Part shown: positions 51,257 through 63,109 of the stretch, piece by piece
Layout: each line of letters begins with the position of its first letter
How positions within the stretch are numbered: position 1 is the first letter of the stretch
NCBI GenBank assembly: GCA_053919585.1
Contig: CM132792.1
Strand: one strand, 5' to 3'
DNA length: 64,000 bases
Source of the DNA: Euprymna scolopes
Lineage: Eukaryota
Made by a program: the position numbers and the translations under genes
The notes under the pieces: generated by a model
Database searches by the model: none
Seen by the model: the letters and a program-made list of their open reading frames with translations, nothing else
Told to the model about the DNA's origin: nothing

Positions 51257-51640
51257 TTTTTTTACATGGAAGTCACCAGTTATCAAGGCCCGGAAGCCAC
51301 TCGGGGATAAGGGTTATTGTGTGTACAGTAATCAATGGGATAATATCGTAGTAATCGTTAGTAATGGAGATTTGATAAAGGGTCTTACTTCAGGGGGCGG
51401 TTTATCAGGAATTTGTTTATGTTGGACTTGAAGACATCCAAGTTGTAGTCAAGTGGGAAACAGGCAAACGGTAGTGAGTGCCACAGGCATGCACTTCTAA
51501 GAAAGAAGTTTTGGTCATGGAATCTACGTTTTGATTTAGGCACAGATAAAGAATGGGGAAAATTATTTACAGTGGATTCAGCTAGACGGGTGTTTTCGTG
51601 AAAGATTGACGAGGGGGGGGACTAGAGATTGGAGCTCAGA
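51257..51640 (-). mobile_element. Family-1 LINE 3' fragment
   Basis: Close match to 1640-1980 and to 15230-15600. Confidence 0.9.
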
Positions 51641-51959
51641 CCAAACAAATGTAGTATATGGATTCTCATGTCTATTTCAAGAATTTCTTCAAAACCAATG
51701 TAATATTGGCCACACGACGACAACTCTCTCCCGGCGATTGATGTATAATCTTTCAGACAATAGTGCCATCCAACGCCACTTTATCTCCCCCAAATTGTTA
51801 GAATCAGCAGAAATACGAAATATATTAACAAGTAATACTAAAATTAGATACGGAAACAACTATACACAAAGACTAATATTACTAATAGAAAAACGACAGC
51901 CCAATATTAACCGAATCGTACTCAATATCGACACTATATTAATTAACCATATTAAATAA
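51641..51959 (+). pseudogene. PLE GIY-YIG endonuclease remnant (Naiad-like)
   Basis: QTNVVYGFSC..NIGHTTTTLSRRLMYNLSDNSAIQRH..RNILTSNTKI..QRLIL..QPNINRI; YIG reads NIG, and the LEA motif is lost. Confidence 0.75.
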
Positions 51960-52159
51960 TTAACATCATAATAATATATAATAAATCAATTCTACCAAAT
52001 CCCGGACTTACCCCTCCTCCTCCTCCTCCTCCTCCTCCTCCTCCTCCTCCATGGACAACTTAGGCAATTAAAATAGCAATAAAATATAAATAAATAGATG
52101 AATAGAACAAATTAATAAATTTACTATAAATACATTTATCTAAATCTCTACAACAATCA

Positions 52160-52200
52160 CTCTTGACAACGATCGAGATCACCGATCAAAAGCGCTTGAG
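52160..52200 (+). ncRNA. Degenerate hammerhead, family G (U3-A8 variant, G12 mutated to A)
   Basis: CTC-TTGACAA-C-GATCG(AGATCAC)CGATC-AAAA-GCGC-TT-GAG, with palindromic stem III AAGCGCTT. Confidence 0.6.
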
Positions 52201-52385
52201 CAAATGGCCAATTAACATAGCTTGGTGCCATGATATACAACCGGGCAGCTGAAACAAAAGAAAATTGCCCGACGGATAGAGCGAATTACCAGTAGAATCG
52301 GAAAAAAAATGAAAGCTCAGTCGTGTTCAATCATCCCATATATATGTTTATATATACATTTTATCTGTTTTACATGAATATTTAC

Positions 52386-52457
52386 ATGTCGCTACACATT
52401 AATGAGTATGTTACGATCAGCTAGTTACAAGTAACTAGACACCTCTTCAGGCGATAT
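52386..52457 (-). ncRNA. Hammerhead, family H, one core mutation (GAAA reads GTAA)
   Basis: Minus strand ATATCGC-CTGAAGA-GGT..CTAGTTAC(TT)GTAACTAG..ATC-GTAA-CATA(CTCATTAA)TGTG-TA-GCGACAT. Confidence 0.62.
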
Positions 52458-54178
52458 TGCTTGTATAAAAAAAAGTTCGTAATGAAGATTTTACAGGAGT
52501 TTTATTGCTTTTCAAACTGATATGCGACTAGGTATGTCGCGTGCACACGCACACAAACATTCATCGATAACGATTTGTCCGACAGGTGGCGTCTTTACTT
52601 TCGGTTTCGCATTCTCTATCCACTTCCGTTCTCTATCTTACTCTCTTTCGTCCGAATCGTCGATGTAGACAGACACTTTCCGTTCGCATTGGCAGACGAT
52701 ACTTTCGTTTTAAGATAAAACGAAGGTACATTCTTTCTCAAGGTAAAAATGTAATGTTATGACCCTTTAGGCTGTGATCATAGCGTATTATCTGTTAACT
52801 GTGGCAAGCGGGAGAAATGGTCAAAACATTATTATTATTGTTATGGTATTCTTGTTAATTGATTTGAGCGACGGATGGTCGCTGGATCAGTTATTATGAT
52901 TAGAAGAATAAACAATTAAATTGCGAAAGAAATGATTGACGTGTAAATCGCAAAAGGAATGCGAAAATAGAAAATAGATGTAAACATTCTTTTGGATTTG
53001 GATAAACAAATAACTAGTTGTGAATTAAATTGGTATGAGACACGTAATTAGGTGACGTAAGAGAACACGTGATGTAGTTAGTTTTGGAGAGATTGGGAGA
53101 GTTGAGGATTGACCACCAGAGCAGACAGACGTAGACAAGGGTGTACAGACAGCTAGGAGCGAGCTGTATGAACAGAAAATATAGAAACTGCAGATCCTGT
53201 GAAAACCAATCGAGACAACTTTAATAAATTTATATTATAAAAATATAAAGAGTTGTTTTATGGTTTTTACAAAGAACAGTTGTCTCAATTATATGGTGCT
53301 GATCGCTTCATGGTTGTCACGGAGCAGCGGGAAGATACAGAAGAACTCTCAAGAAAAAAGGTATGAAGCATATATTATTCTTCTTACATATGAACTGTAA
53401 AAATATCCCATGTGATAAGTCTGATACAACATGATTCAAGTTACACGTCAATATCATGTCCTCTGGCTAAAACACATACATGCGATTTATACGGTTATTA
53501 TTTGTCTGTTAAAAGAACAATATCTTAGATCCACTAGATAACACATGACACGTTTTAATATATCATCTCCTCCAATATAAACCAATATACAACAAACACT
53601 TATTTGGTGTCCGTTGACCAGTTCGCATCGACGATGCTATATCGAACCTGGGGTGAAAAATACAACGTGGAATCAGGTCCTGAAATTGGAATGTAGATTA
53701 CGTGTCAAGAAAAAAAAGACAAGAAAAACACACAAAACACAATAAAATGTCTGGAAAAAACAGAAAAAAGAAAGAACAATAGAAAAAAAGCAATACACAC
53801 GGACAACCTTTTCACGAAGAAAGAAAAGAAAGACAAACAGACACACAGATATAAAACTTTATATATTGAAAATAGTTTTTAAAAAATGTTTATCGTATTA
53901 GGAATTAGCTTAGTAACAAGGTATTTTGGTTTTATTATTCTGAGGTCGGAGTCGTCTTATTCCTCCACAGTTTCCTGTACAGGATAATCAGTAGGCCACA
54001 TACTCAGAATAAAGTAAGCTAATATTATTTAATAAGTTTGAAAAGGAAGATGAAAAAAGGAAAACATAAAAAGTATACATAACAAAATAAAAAGAAGGAA
54101 ATAGTGAAGAAGAAAGAAAAAAACAAAAGAATTATGAGTCATAATCATAATTTCAATGATAATAAAAGCGAAAAATCA

Positions 54179-54220
<42 letters not shown>

Positions 54221-54486
54221 TCATGACTAATAAAATGAAATAAAAAATGATTCCTGTAATAGTAATAAAAATTTAAATCATAAAACTATAAGAATTAAAA
54301 ATTTAACACCGATAAAAACTTGTACATCAATATTAAAAACAAAGCAAAGAAAAGACAGGAGAAAAACGCATATAGATCTTCACATTTATGTCGGTGGAGA
54401 AAAAGTGACAGATTGAGCTTATGCTGTCAGGAAATACGATACGACTTTAGGATCAACTGTCTGGGGTGAAAATATAGGTCAACGAT

Positions 54487-56642
54487 AAGGTTAACCGACA
54501 TGCAGATTTTGGTTAAATAAATTCGCGACTTTTCTAATTTTGATTTCAAATGATGTATTTTCAAATAAGCTTTCGTGATAAGACCTTTACCTTATATATC
54601 ATTTTAAAGAGAATTTTTAGCTCCATCTATGTAATTGTTTAAATTATAATCATTTTAAAATACTTGTTTTACTTTCAGAGCGTTGAATACAAGCTGGAAA
54701 AAAGCAAATTCGCACAATTTTTTTACTTTAATTCAAACGAGGCCAAAAAGCTGCTGAAACAACTGTGGCGTGACCGCCTAAGGGAGCGATATCGCTCCCA
54801 ATTGGGGAAATTGAGACCCCTAAAACACTGAGTAAGACCGGGTAATTATGCTGATATTGTCTGTTAAGCGTTTATTGGGTGCCCGGACAACGGCGGGTAA
54901 CCTATCTGAAGTGATGAATTTATTGTGTTTTTGTAAAACAGGCATATATTTTATTGTTTGAGAAAAATGACAAGAGATGTCATTTGGAAAAAATATAACG
55001 GAAACTTGGCTTGGCGAAACGTCTGGCTTCTGAGTACGAGAGGTCAAATTATTAACCTTCCAGGGCGTGTGAGTGAATTTGAGTTCTGATTCCAGATTTG
55101 CAAGCCTTGCAAGTTTGCACAAATGCAGGGATTAGGGACTTTCCCGAATAACGTGTTGAGTTCTGGGGAACAGCTTACTCTACCCCATCACCTTTCAATA
55201 TAAGCAAATGCCCGGGACAAAAGTAGCAGATTGGAGCTAGATCTCGAGCCGAGAACATTCAACCAAGAGAACGCCATTCACCCACCCACCCTTTTTTTAT
55301 CACGGTCGCTATCGTGGAGAACGAAGAATAAGCTTTCGGACTGTTTTCTGGTGTAAACGAACTGAGCAATTGTATATATGTAAACACTTGTAATTTCGTG
55401 AATTAACTTTTAGTAAACTAGAAACCCCTATGTTTGTTTTCTTTTGATCTGCGTGAGAAGCTAATTGAATTTCAGCGGACGCCAGCATCGGAAACCGATG
55501 GAAGGCCTGCGACGCGAAAGAATCCTGTAAAGGACTCCCGGAAGAAGACGATCACGGCCATTGCAGTTCGACAGGGTCAAAGGCCAGATCTGCTGACATG
55601 CGGCGGGAGTTCTTACACAGCTGCCGATATCAATGAAGCCTTTGGCCCAGGTTCCATTATTGAACGCACAGCACAATGGTGGTTTAAGAAATTTCGTGGC
55701 GGCCGCGAGAGTCTTGAATATGATGAGCGTAGTAGTCGGCAATTGGATCTTGACAACGATTTGCCTACGTGTCTTAGTAGAATCCACGCACAACTGTTCG
55801 GGGATTTGCTTCTGACTTAGGCGTAACGTATACGACGATTTCCAACCACTTGAGAGATTGAAAAGACAAAAAAAATGATAAATAGGTGCCTCATGAATTG
55901 AACGACAACCAAAGAAACGCCGTTATGAAGTGTTATCTTCACTTCTTTTACGCAACAAGAACAACCTGTTTATCGACTGGGTTGTGACTGGCGATGAAAA
56001 GTGGGTTCTTTACGACAACCGGCAACGCTCGGCTCAGTGGTTAGACACCGACGAATCTCCACAGCACTTCCCGAAGCCAGAATTGCACCAAAAGAAGTTC
56101 ATGCCGATTGTTTGGTGGTCTGCGACTGGTCTCATCCATTACAGTTTTTTGAATGAAGGCGAAACCATTATGGCGGAGGAGTACTTTCAACAAATGGATA
56201 AAATGCATCAGAAACTTCGACAACAATACCAATCATTAGTCAACAGAAAAGTTCCAATTCTCCTCCACGACAATGCTCGACCGCATGTTGCTAAACCGAG
56301 CCTACAGAAGTTGAACGGATTGGGGTATGAAGCCCTGCCTCATCCGCCATACTCTCTTGATCTCCTACCTATCGACTACTACTTTTTCAAGCATATCAAC
56401 AACATTCTGCATGAAAAACGCTTTAAAAAATATAAGCGATAAAAAAAACGCATTCAGCGACTTCATCGTTTCCAGAAAGCAAGATTTTTATGTTATTCGC
56501 ACAAATACGCTTGTTTTGCGTTGGCAAAAGTGTGTTGATTCTGATGGTGCTTATTTTGATCAATAAATGCTGGTTGGAGCCGAGATATATTCTTCGGAAG
56601 TTAAAAATTAAAACCCGCAAGCACTTTCTTGTCAACCGGATA
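54487..56642 (+). mobile_element. Mariner DD34D transposon, disrupted, with nested solo LTR
   Basis: ORF 55930-56442 has VTGDEKW, LLHDNARPH and YSLDLLPIDY, with 34 residues between the second and third Asp; C-terminal LVLRWQKCVDSDGAYFDQ; N-terminus split at 54763/55618. Confidence 0.93.
54764..55617. mobile_element. Solo LTR (854 bp) inserted in the mariner ORF
   Basis: TGT...ACA termini; 4-bp TSD CAAC/CAGC. Removing it restores the GAAACAGCT..GATATCAA seen uninterrupted at ~22019-22038. Confidence 0.82.
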
Positions 56643-56971
56643 CTTATTTATAAAAAAAAAATTATTATTAAAACTTCGTTCAAATGCGAGAAATATGAAA
56701 AGTTTCTAAAATAATGGGGATTGCTAGTTCCCTCCCTTAGCAGTTTAAACACTTCCTTTGACTTACTATATTGTTAAACAGAATATAGGTTTTTTTTCTC
56801 TCACGTTTAAGCATGACTGTCACATTGGCCGAGTGGTTAATAATACTGGATAGGAGTTATTTGAGTCTATGGTTTAAATCGTTCGACCTGCGGTGCAGGT
56901 ATGCAAGCCACACTGATGATTTTTAGTGAATATGAAGCTTACATAATCGTGTATACACAGAGAGAGGGTTG

Positions 56972-57003
<32 letters not shown>

Positions 57004-58827
57004 CGTTCCCATATACATATAGGTATTACATTGGTGAGGGGGGATTTTTCTTACCTAGCATTTAGGTGAAATGCTTTTCCGTAAAAATAGTTTAATATGT
57101 TCAAGTATTGCAAATATTTTTTTAATATAGAAACAAATAAAATGAAATCTGTACAGAAATTGATTGGCTTCTTCCACTTTTACAAACGGGGTTTTACACA
57201 GCGGTAGAATGTCGGCCGTCAGTCTCTGAAGTCCCAGTTTCTCTCTGCTGAGTTATCAGATGATAAACTGCATGAGTAATTTTATTTCAAAATTATATCC
57301 GCTCCCATATAATTATTCCCAACTAGCATTTAGGTCAAATGCTTGTCCGTATAAATAGTTGAATACGTTCAAGTATTTTAAATAAAAATATCTAAAAAAT
57401 AAAATGGCATTATAGTTATTTATCAAATTGATGTTGATTATTTCCGGGATTTTTTTTTTTCACCTTTCTTATCTTCTTTATATTCATATACTAAACAGTC
57501 TTCGCCATCTACTTCTTTATCTTTTTTTCGTCCCGTGAACACTTACAACATTACCTATCCTTTCCAAAACACACGCACTCATTGGACAGCATTTCAGACC
57601 CGAATTATCTCCCCTTTTTCTAACGCTAGAGAGTGTTACATCTCACTAAGGAATCTCTTTTTCCTTCGTCTAGCTGCTAATAAAGACACTAACCAACAGA
57701 TGCGTGTTCACGTACACATTATACGGTATGTAAAACGTTTTTCACAGCCTACACGCACAGACACCTACACATTTTTCTCAAACTTCGTTGTACACATGCC
57801 CAAGAACAAAATTTTAAAGCGACTCCTGTTGGGTGTACTAAGAATAAATGTTTTTCGCATATTTCATTGTTCCTCGTTAGGGAGATTTCAGACTATCGGC
57901 AATAAATCAACTTCCTACCGAAGAAGGATGTAATACCTGGAAGGATGCACTTCCTAGAATCAAGCAAAACCATACCTCATCCATAAAAAGAAGGGTCTGA
58001 TGGTTCAAGTCAGATTTAAGGTATCCAGAATGATGCCACGGCAAACATCGGCAGGCATAACAACTCCAACTCAATTAGGAGTTTTTAGTACCTCATTATA
58101 ACTATAGATTTAAAACAATAACTTGCCGTGACTTTTTGCTTTGTTTTTGTTTTTGTTTTATTCTTTTGTTCTTTCCTTTTTGTTTGTTTTTTTTTGTTTT
58201 CTTTTTGTCTTTTCTCGTCAGAGAGTTCCTTGCGAGCTTCTCGCCTCTTGCCTTTTTTCCCCGAGAACTTAACTTTCTGCCAAGCCGAACCCCTTCACCG
58301 GCCTCGCTGAATGGCAAGCGCCCAAAAACACTACGCGGCCATTTTAAGACTTAAAACACTCAATTATTAATCAAGATGGACGACGAATTAGCCTCGTTAT
58401 ATACGCAACAACAAGTTAGCAAGTGTTTAGCCGGAAGTGCTCATGTAACATAAATATGACGAGCCGGGTTGCTTCCGGTTCGTTCCTTGTGACACTTCAG
58501 TCCTGCGGAGTTTAAGAGTGGCTGACTGCACAGTAACGAATCGAGATAGCGAGTTGAATGGTTAATGGACCACGAAGAAATGACAGCATGAATGACGTGG
58601 ATGATAAAAAAACGCAGATATTAACTTTATTTACCCTCTTTCTCTTTACTGTCTTTCTTTCTATTGAATGACTCTTACTCTTTCACTTTCTTTTCCTCCC
58701 GCTCTTTATCTCGTTCTTAATTCTTACAATTTTATTCTCTTTCTTAACTGAATCATTTTTCTCCGTTTTCTTTCTTCTTGATCCTTCTCCCCTTTTTTCT
58801 CTTCTGTTCCTTCTTTTTTCCTCTTCA

Positions 58828-59698
58828 TTTTTAGTCACGTGCAAGCGACTCTATAAGTCATTCTGTCCGTCGGTCGGTCGGTCTGTCCGTAACACTTTTA
58901 TGCTATGCCTTTTTGGTTAAGATCAAAGGTCTGTTAATAGATGCTGTTCTTAGCTTTTTAAGCTTTTCTTGGTCTTTTGGCTAAAATCAAAGTTGGCAAT
59001 GTGCCTAAATTTTTAGTTCATTGTTGATTTTCAATGTATTTTTAATATGAATAAAGGATTTAATATCTCAAAGTGCAGTATCTGTTCCGGCAGATACTGC
59101 AAGCAAAGACCATATGTGGGGGAAATCTCACATATAATACCTTGGTCAATGTAGGGACAACCCTTCATACCAATTGTCACTATCCAGCTCCCCTACTCCC
59201 CGGGGCGTTGGTCCCCATTTCCTCTTCACTCCTCACATTAAAAATCGGCCTTGTGCTTAATTTGCTGGGTGGGGGAGCAAATAAATACCCTTTTCTTGGC
59301 TTTTTGGCCAAGATCAAAGTGTAGTATCGTTTCTTACTACATGCTGTACTTATTGGGATATAAAGTGGGGGATCACTTTTCTGTATTAATTTAATGTAAA
59401 ATGATCACCCACTTTACAACCAGTCAGTCTCAAAACCATTCAAGTCATTCTCCAGATCATTCAAGTTGTTTTTTAATTATTCCAGTTATTTTTTAAGCAT
59501 TCAAGTCATTCTTAAGGTCATTCACTTCATCCTTAAGTTCATTAAAGTCATTCTAAGTCATTTACTTTTTATTTATTTAAGTCATTTCAGCCCATTTTTC
59601 GGTCATTTTAGTTTATCTTTAAGAATTTCATGTCAATCCTACATTCACGCATTCATTCATTACACAAGAGCACGTAACTAATGGCTATCGACCTTGTT
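58828..59698 (+). mobile_element. Helentron-associated (HINE/DINE-1-like) element carrying U2 snRNA fragments
   Basis: 5' TTTTTAGTCACGTGCAAGCGACT subterminal IR/hairpin, (GTCG/GTCC)n microsatellite, internal AAGTCATT repeats, 3' sub-TIR GCACGTAACT and short hairpin ending TTGTT. Confidence 0.75.
59290..59336 (+). pseudogene. U2 snRNA 5' fragment (best of four)
   Basis: CTTTTCTTGGCTTTTTGGCCAAGATCAAAGTGTAGTATCGTTTCTTA vs U2 CTTCTCGGCCTTTTGGCTAAGATCAAAGTGTAGTATCTGTTCTTA, including the GTAGTA branch-pairing region. Confidence 0.85.
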
Positions 59699-59744
59699 AC
59701 TTTGTCTTCTACATTCTCATTTTCTTTCATTTCTTTGTTTTAAC

Positions 59745-60132
59745 TTTTCCGCTGAAGCGTAAGTAGATACAGTGAATTGGGGGCATACTAAGTGGGGAGT
59801 TCTGCAGCGAGATGTAAATTATATGATATATTTATAGGGTCATTCTATGTGAAGAATCGTGCAGCGAGATGTTTATTAATATTACATTTAAATCATAACA
59901 TGTTGGTACATTTCGAGAAACAGGAAATAACGGAGAAAAATCTGAAGGCTAACAGTTCGAGAACAGGAACTAATAGAGTAGAAAGCCTTTCAGCATCTGG
60001 AAACTGCCACAGTGACGGGGGGGGATTTCGCTGACTGGAGGGCTCTTTGATTGTATTTACGGGGCACCAGTGTAACAAGTCAGAACATATTCGAATAAAG
60101 TACTTCTAAAACAAGCTTATGGACGCAATATC
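59745..60132 (-). mobile_element. Old family-2-like LINE 3' fragment
   Basis: Resembles 63130-63510 (GCAGCGAGATGTTTATT..ATTACA..TAGAGTAGAA..CATCT). Confidence 0.6.
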
Positions 60133-60143
60133 ACACACACTTG

Positions 60144-60225
<82 letters not shown>

Positions 60226-60549
60226 TCTGGTTCAATATCAACGCTAAGCTCTACATATTCAGTTTTGTCTGCTCTTTTTTCTTTTCTTTTTCAATATGGC
60301 GAGTTAACTTTCTCGCGTGTTCCACGAGAGTGCCTATTTGCAATGTCTCCACACGAGAGTTTGACACCAGGGTCGTTTTTTTAACGTGGAAAAAAGGAAC
60401 AAACATTTTTAATTGCCTCGGTCGTGAAGGATTTCCCCTCCACTGAGAGAAATTGAAGTACAGCATCTTAAGAACAGATACTACACTTTGAGCTCGCCAA
60501 ACATACTAACGTTTTCAATGGGACAAAAATTGGAGCTTCCAAGATAGAA

Positions 60550-61200
60550 TGAGACCTATTGGATTAGAGGATCTACTTAACAAGGTTCATAGCGACCAAT
60601 TGGTTGAGTGACTAGCAAATAGATGAAGCTACCAATAAATAGAATTATTGTTAGGTTGCGCGACTAATGGACATAGCGACCAATATACGCAGCAACCAAT
60701 TGGCAGAGTGTCCAGCAAGCGGACAGAGCTACTATTAAACAGAGCGACCAATAGAACTACTAAGATACACAGCGATCAATTGGCAAAGTGTCCAGCAAAC
60801 TGACGAGGCTAACAGTTATAGAGCGACCACTGGACAAAGTGACTAATAGGAAGAGCGACCAGGGTACACAGGAACCCATTGGCAAAGTGATCAACAAACG
60901 GGCGTAGCTACTAATAAACAGAGCGACCGTTGGACAGAACATCCAATGGATAGAGTGTCCAATGGACAAAGTGGCCAGGGTACAAAGGTACTAATAGCAG
61001 AGTGACCAACAAACGGACGAAATTGCCAATAAACAGAACTGTTTGACATAGCAAGCAGTAGACAGAACTACTTATTAACAGGCAGTGTGACCAATAGTTA
61101 GAGCGACTAACAGACGGAGGAAACGACGGAGCGACAGAACGACCGATGAACGAGGTGACCGGCAAATGGGGCGACCAATGAACGAAGCAATTAATGCACA
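60550..61200. repeat. Degenerate tandem array of (A)GAGCGACCAAT-type units
   Basis: Many variants of AGAG(C/T)GACCAA(T) at ~15-16-bp spacing. Confidence 0.75.
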
Positions 61201-62068
61201 GAACCACTTGTAGATGAACACGTTAACCTATTCACCAGTTTTGTTCTATTCACATTCAAGTAAAATGAGATGTTTTCGTCCGGGTTAATCGTCCGAATGA
61301 TAGATAACATCAAATGATAAATGATGTTTTAGCTTTTCAAGTTAGACAATGATCAAGAGAATGCCTCGGGTTTTATTGGGTGGGAGGTTAATAGTAGTAA
61401 TAGGTGAACAGAATGAAGGGCACCCCTGGGTGCAGATTGGGGAACCCTATCAGATGAGTTGAGATGATGAGAGCAAAAACTCAAATAGACATATACAAAA
61501 AAAAATGCAAACACTCGCTTCCATTGTGATCCAGGATAAATCATAGCTTATCAAAATGAAGGCAATTAGCCAAAAGAGGCGTGAAATAGGGGATATTTTA
61601 ATACAAATATAAGGTAAATCTGGAACAGAAAGCCCTCTTTCTCGTCTCCATACATATTTTGTTGAAAAAAAGGACAAACATAGATTTATGAAATGTTCAT
61701 AGGTTTACATGGGTTAGGCCTCCGTGGAACGTACGCCATGTAAGAATTGACCGCTCGTTTTACTTTACCGTTCCTATGAAGTTATAAGTAGGACTATAAC
61801 AAGAGAATAATCTTATCGTTGTTTTGACTCTCGAGTATATATCCGACACAGTAAGACACAGTTGAGAACCACATCACTATCTAAGAACATATAAGATATT
61901 AACTGATATATAATCGAGAGTGGAAATAATGAAAAGAATATTCTCTTGTCATAGCCCTAGTTATAACTTTATCTCTCTAAACATTCTAAAGACTTGTATT
62001 TCTCAATTAAATATCACTTTGTGTGTCAATGTTTCGCTTCTAAACAAGTCCAGTATATTGGGATCGTA

Positions 62069-62131
<63 letters not shown>

Positions 62132-63109
62132 ATTCACCCCAAACAAGACGTCTTGCCACTGACACATAACTATGTAAGTTTTTCTTAATTATGGGTTAGA
62201 TTTATAGGATCATTCTAGTCGTCGAGATGATTGTTTACATTACGTTTAAATAACTGCATATTTATACAGTCGGTGAAACAGGGAGTACAGAAGGTATTCC
62301 AAAAGCAAGCGGTTCTAGGAAATAAGCTATTAGAGTAGAAAACTTTCCGACATCTCGGGACTTATAGAGTGAAGGGGTGTGATTTTGCTGATTATCGCGA
62401 TAGTCATGTGTATTTACGTTGAGCAAGATGTCTTAAAGAAGCAGCACATGTGTTGGGCAATAATTAGTTATAGATATCTGTGCGGATAACCCCCACGATG
62501 AAAATAGATGTTCGAATAATCTCAATAATACAAATTAACAATTCTCGTCTAAAGACTTTTTTATAATATTTATTTAATTTAATTATTTTTAATTATTGGG
62601 AGGAGACTTATATCACCTTGAAATTATAGAGCGAAGCAGTCTATTTTCTCGGACAGTCCTAAGTTTTCCAAACAGAATTGTTCTTGCTTTGAAACATTTT
62701 TTCATATTAATCTATTTGTGACATTTTTACCTGTGCCATTTTTCGGTGACATTTATATCTGTGCCATCTTTATCATGCATGATTATTATAATAACATGTA
62801 AATACGATGTAAATATATTTTACTTGTGTAAGAAAATAAAGAAAATCTATATAAATTCGCTAGATAACATTTGGAGGATTGCATTTACAAGATTCCCAAA
62901 AATGTTTAAAAATTGAATAAAATATTTTTGTAAATAATAATTTGTGAGATACATAATTGATAATTAAAATATAAATATGTTGAATGTTATGTTGTCCGGT
63001 AAATCCTTAGCGTGTTAAAAGTACGTGTTTCTGAAGGTTCTCAACAAGCCTATAAATTGTTTACTTAAATCACAGATGAGACTTAGCATTTATTACGTAT
63101 TGCTGACAA

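Noticed and set aside
52228-52282. SECIS element downstream of the Naiad-like GIY-YIG
   Set aside because: ATGA, AAA and GA are present, but the CGGGCAG/TTGCCCG helix is not stacked on the core with canonical spacing, and the ORF has no in-frame UGA.
52750-53388. Third solo LTR (TGTAA...TTACA with internal AATAAA)
   Set aside because: Flanks AAAA and TATG do not form a TSD, so the boundaries are unsupported.
55930-56442. Host SETMAR gene or active transposase
   Set aside because: No SET domain; the frame is broken by an LTR, stops and frameshifts.
57950-58025. Possible host exon (TTCCTAG..AAG/GTATCC)
   Set aside because: Weak splice signals, no recognisable peptide and no partner exons.
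58907-59336. Functional U2 snRNA gene
   Set aside because: Only the first ~50 nt are present; no Sm site or 3' stem-loops.
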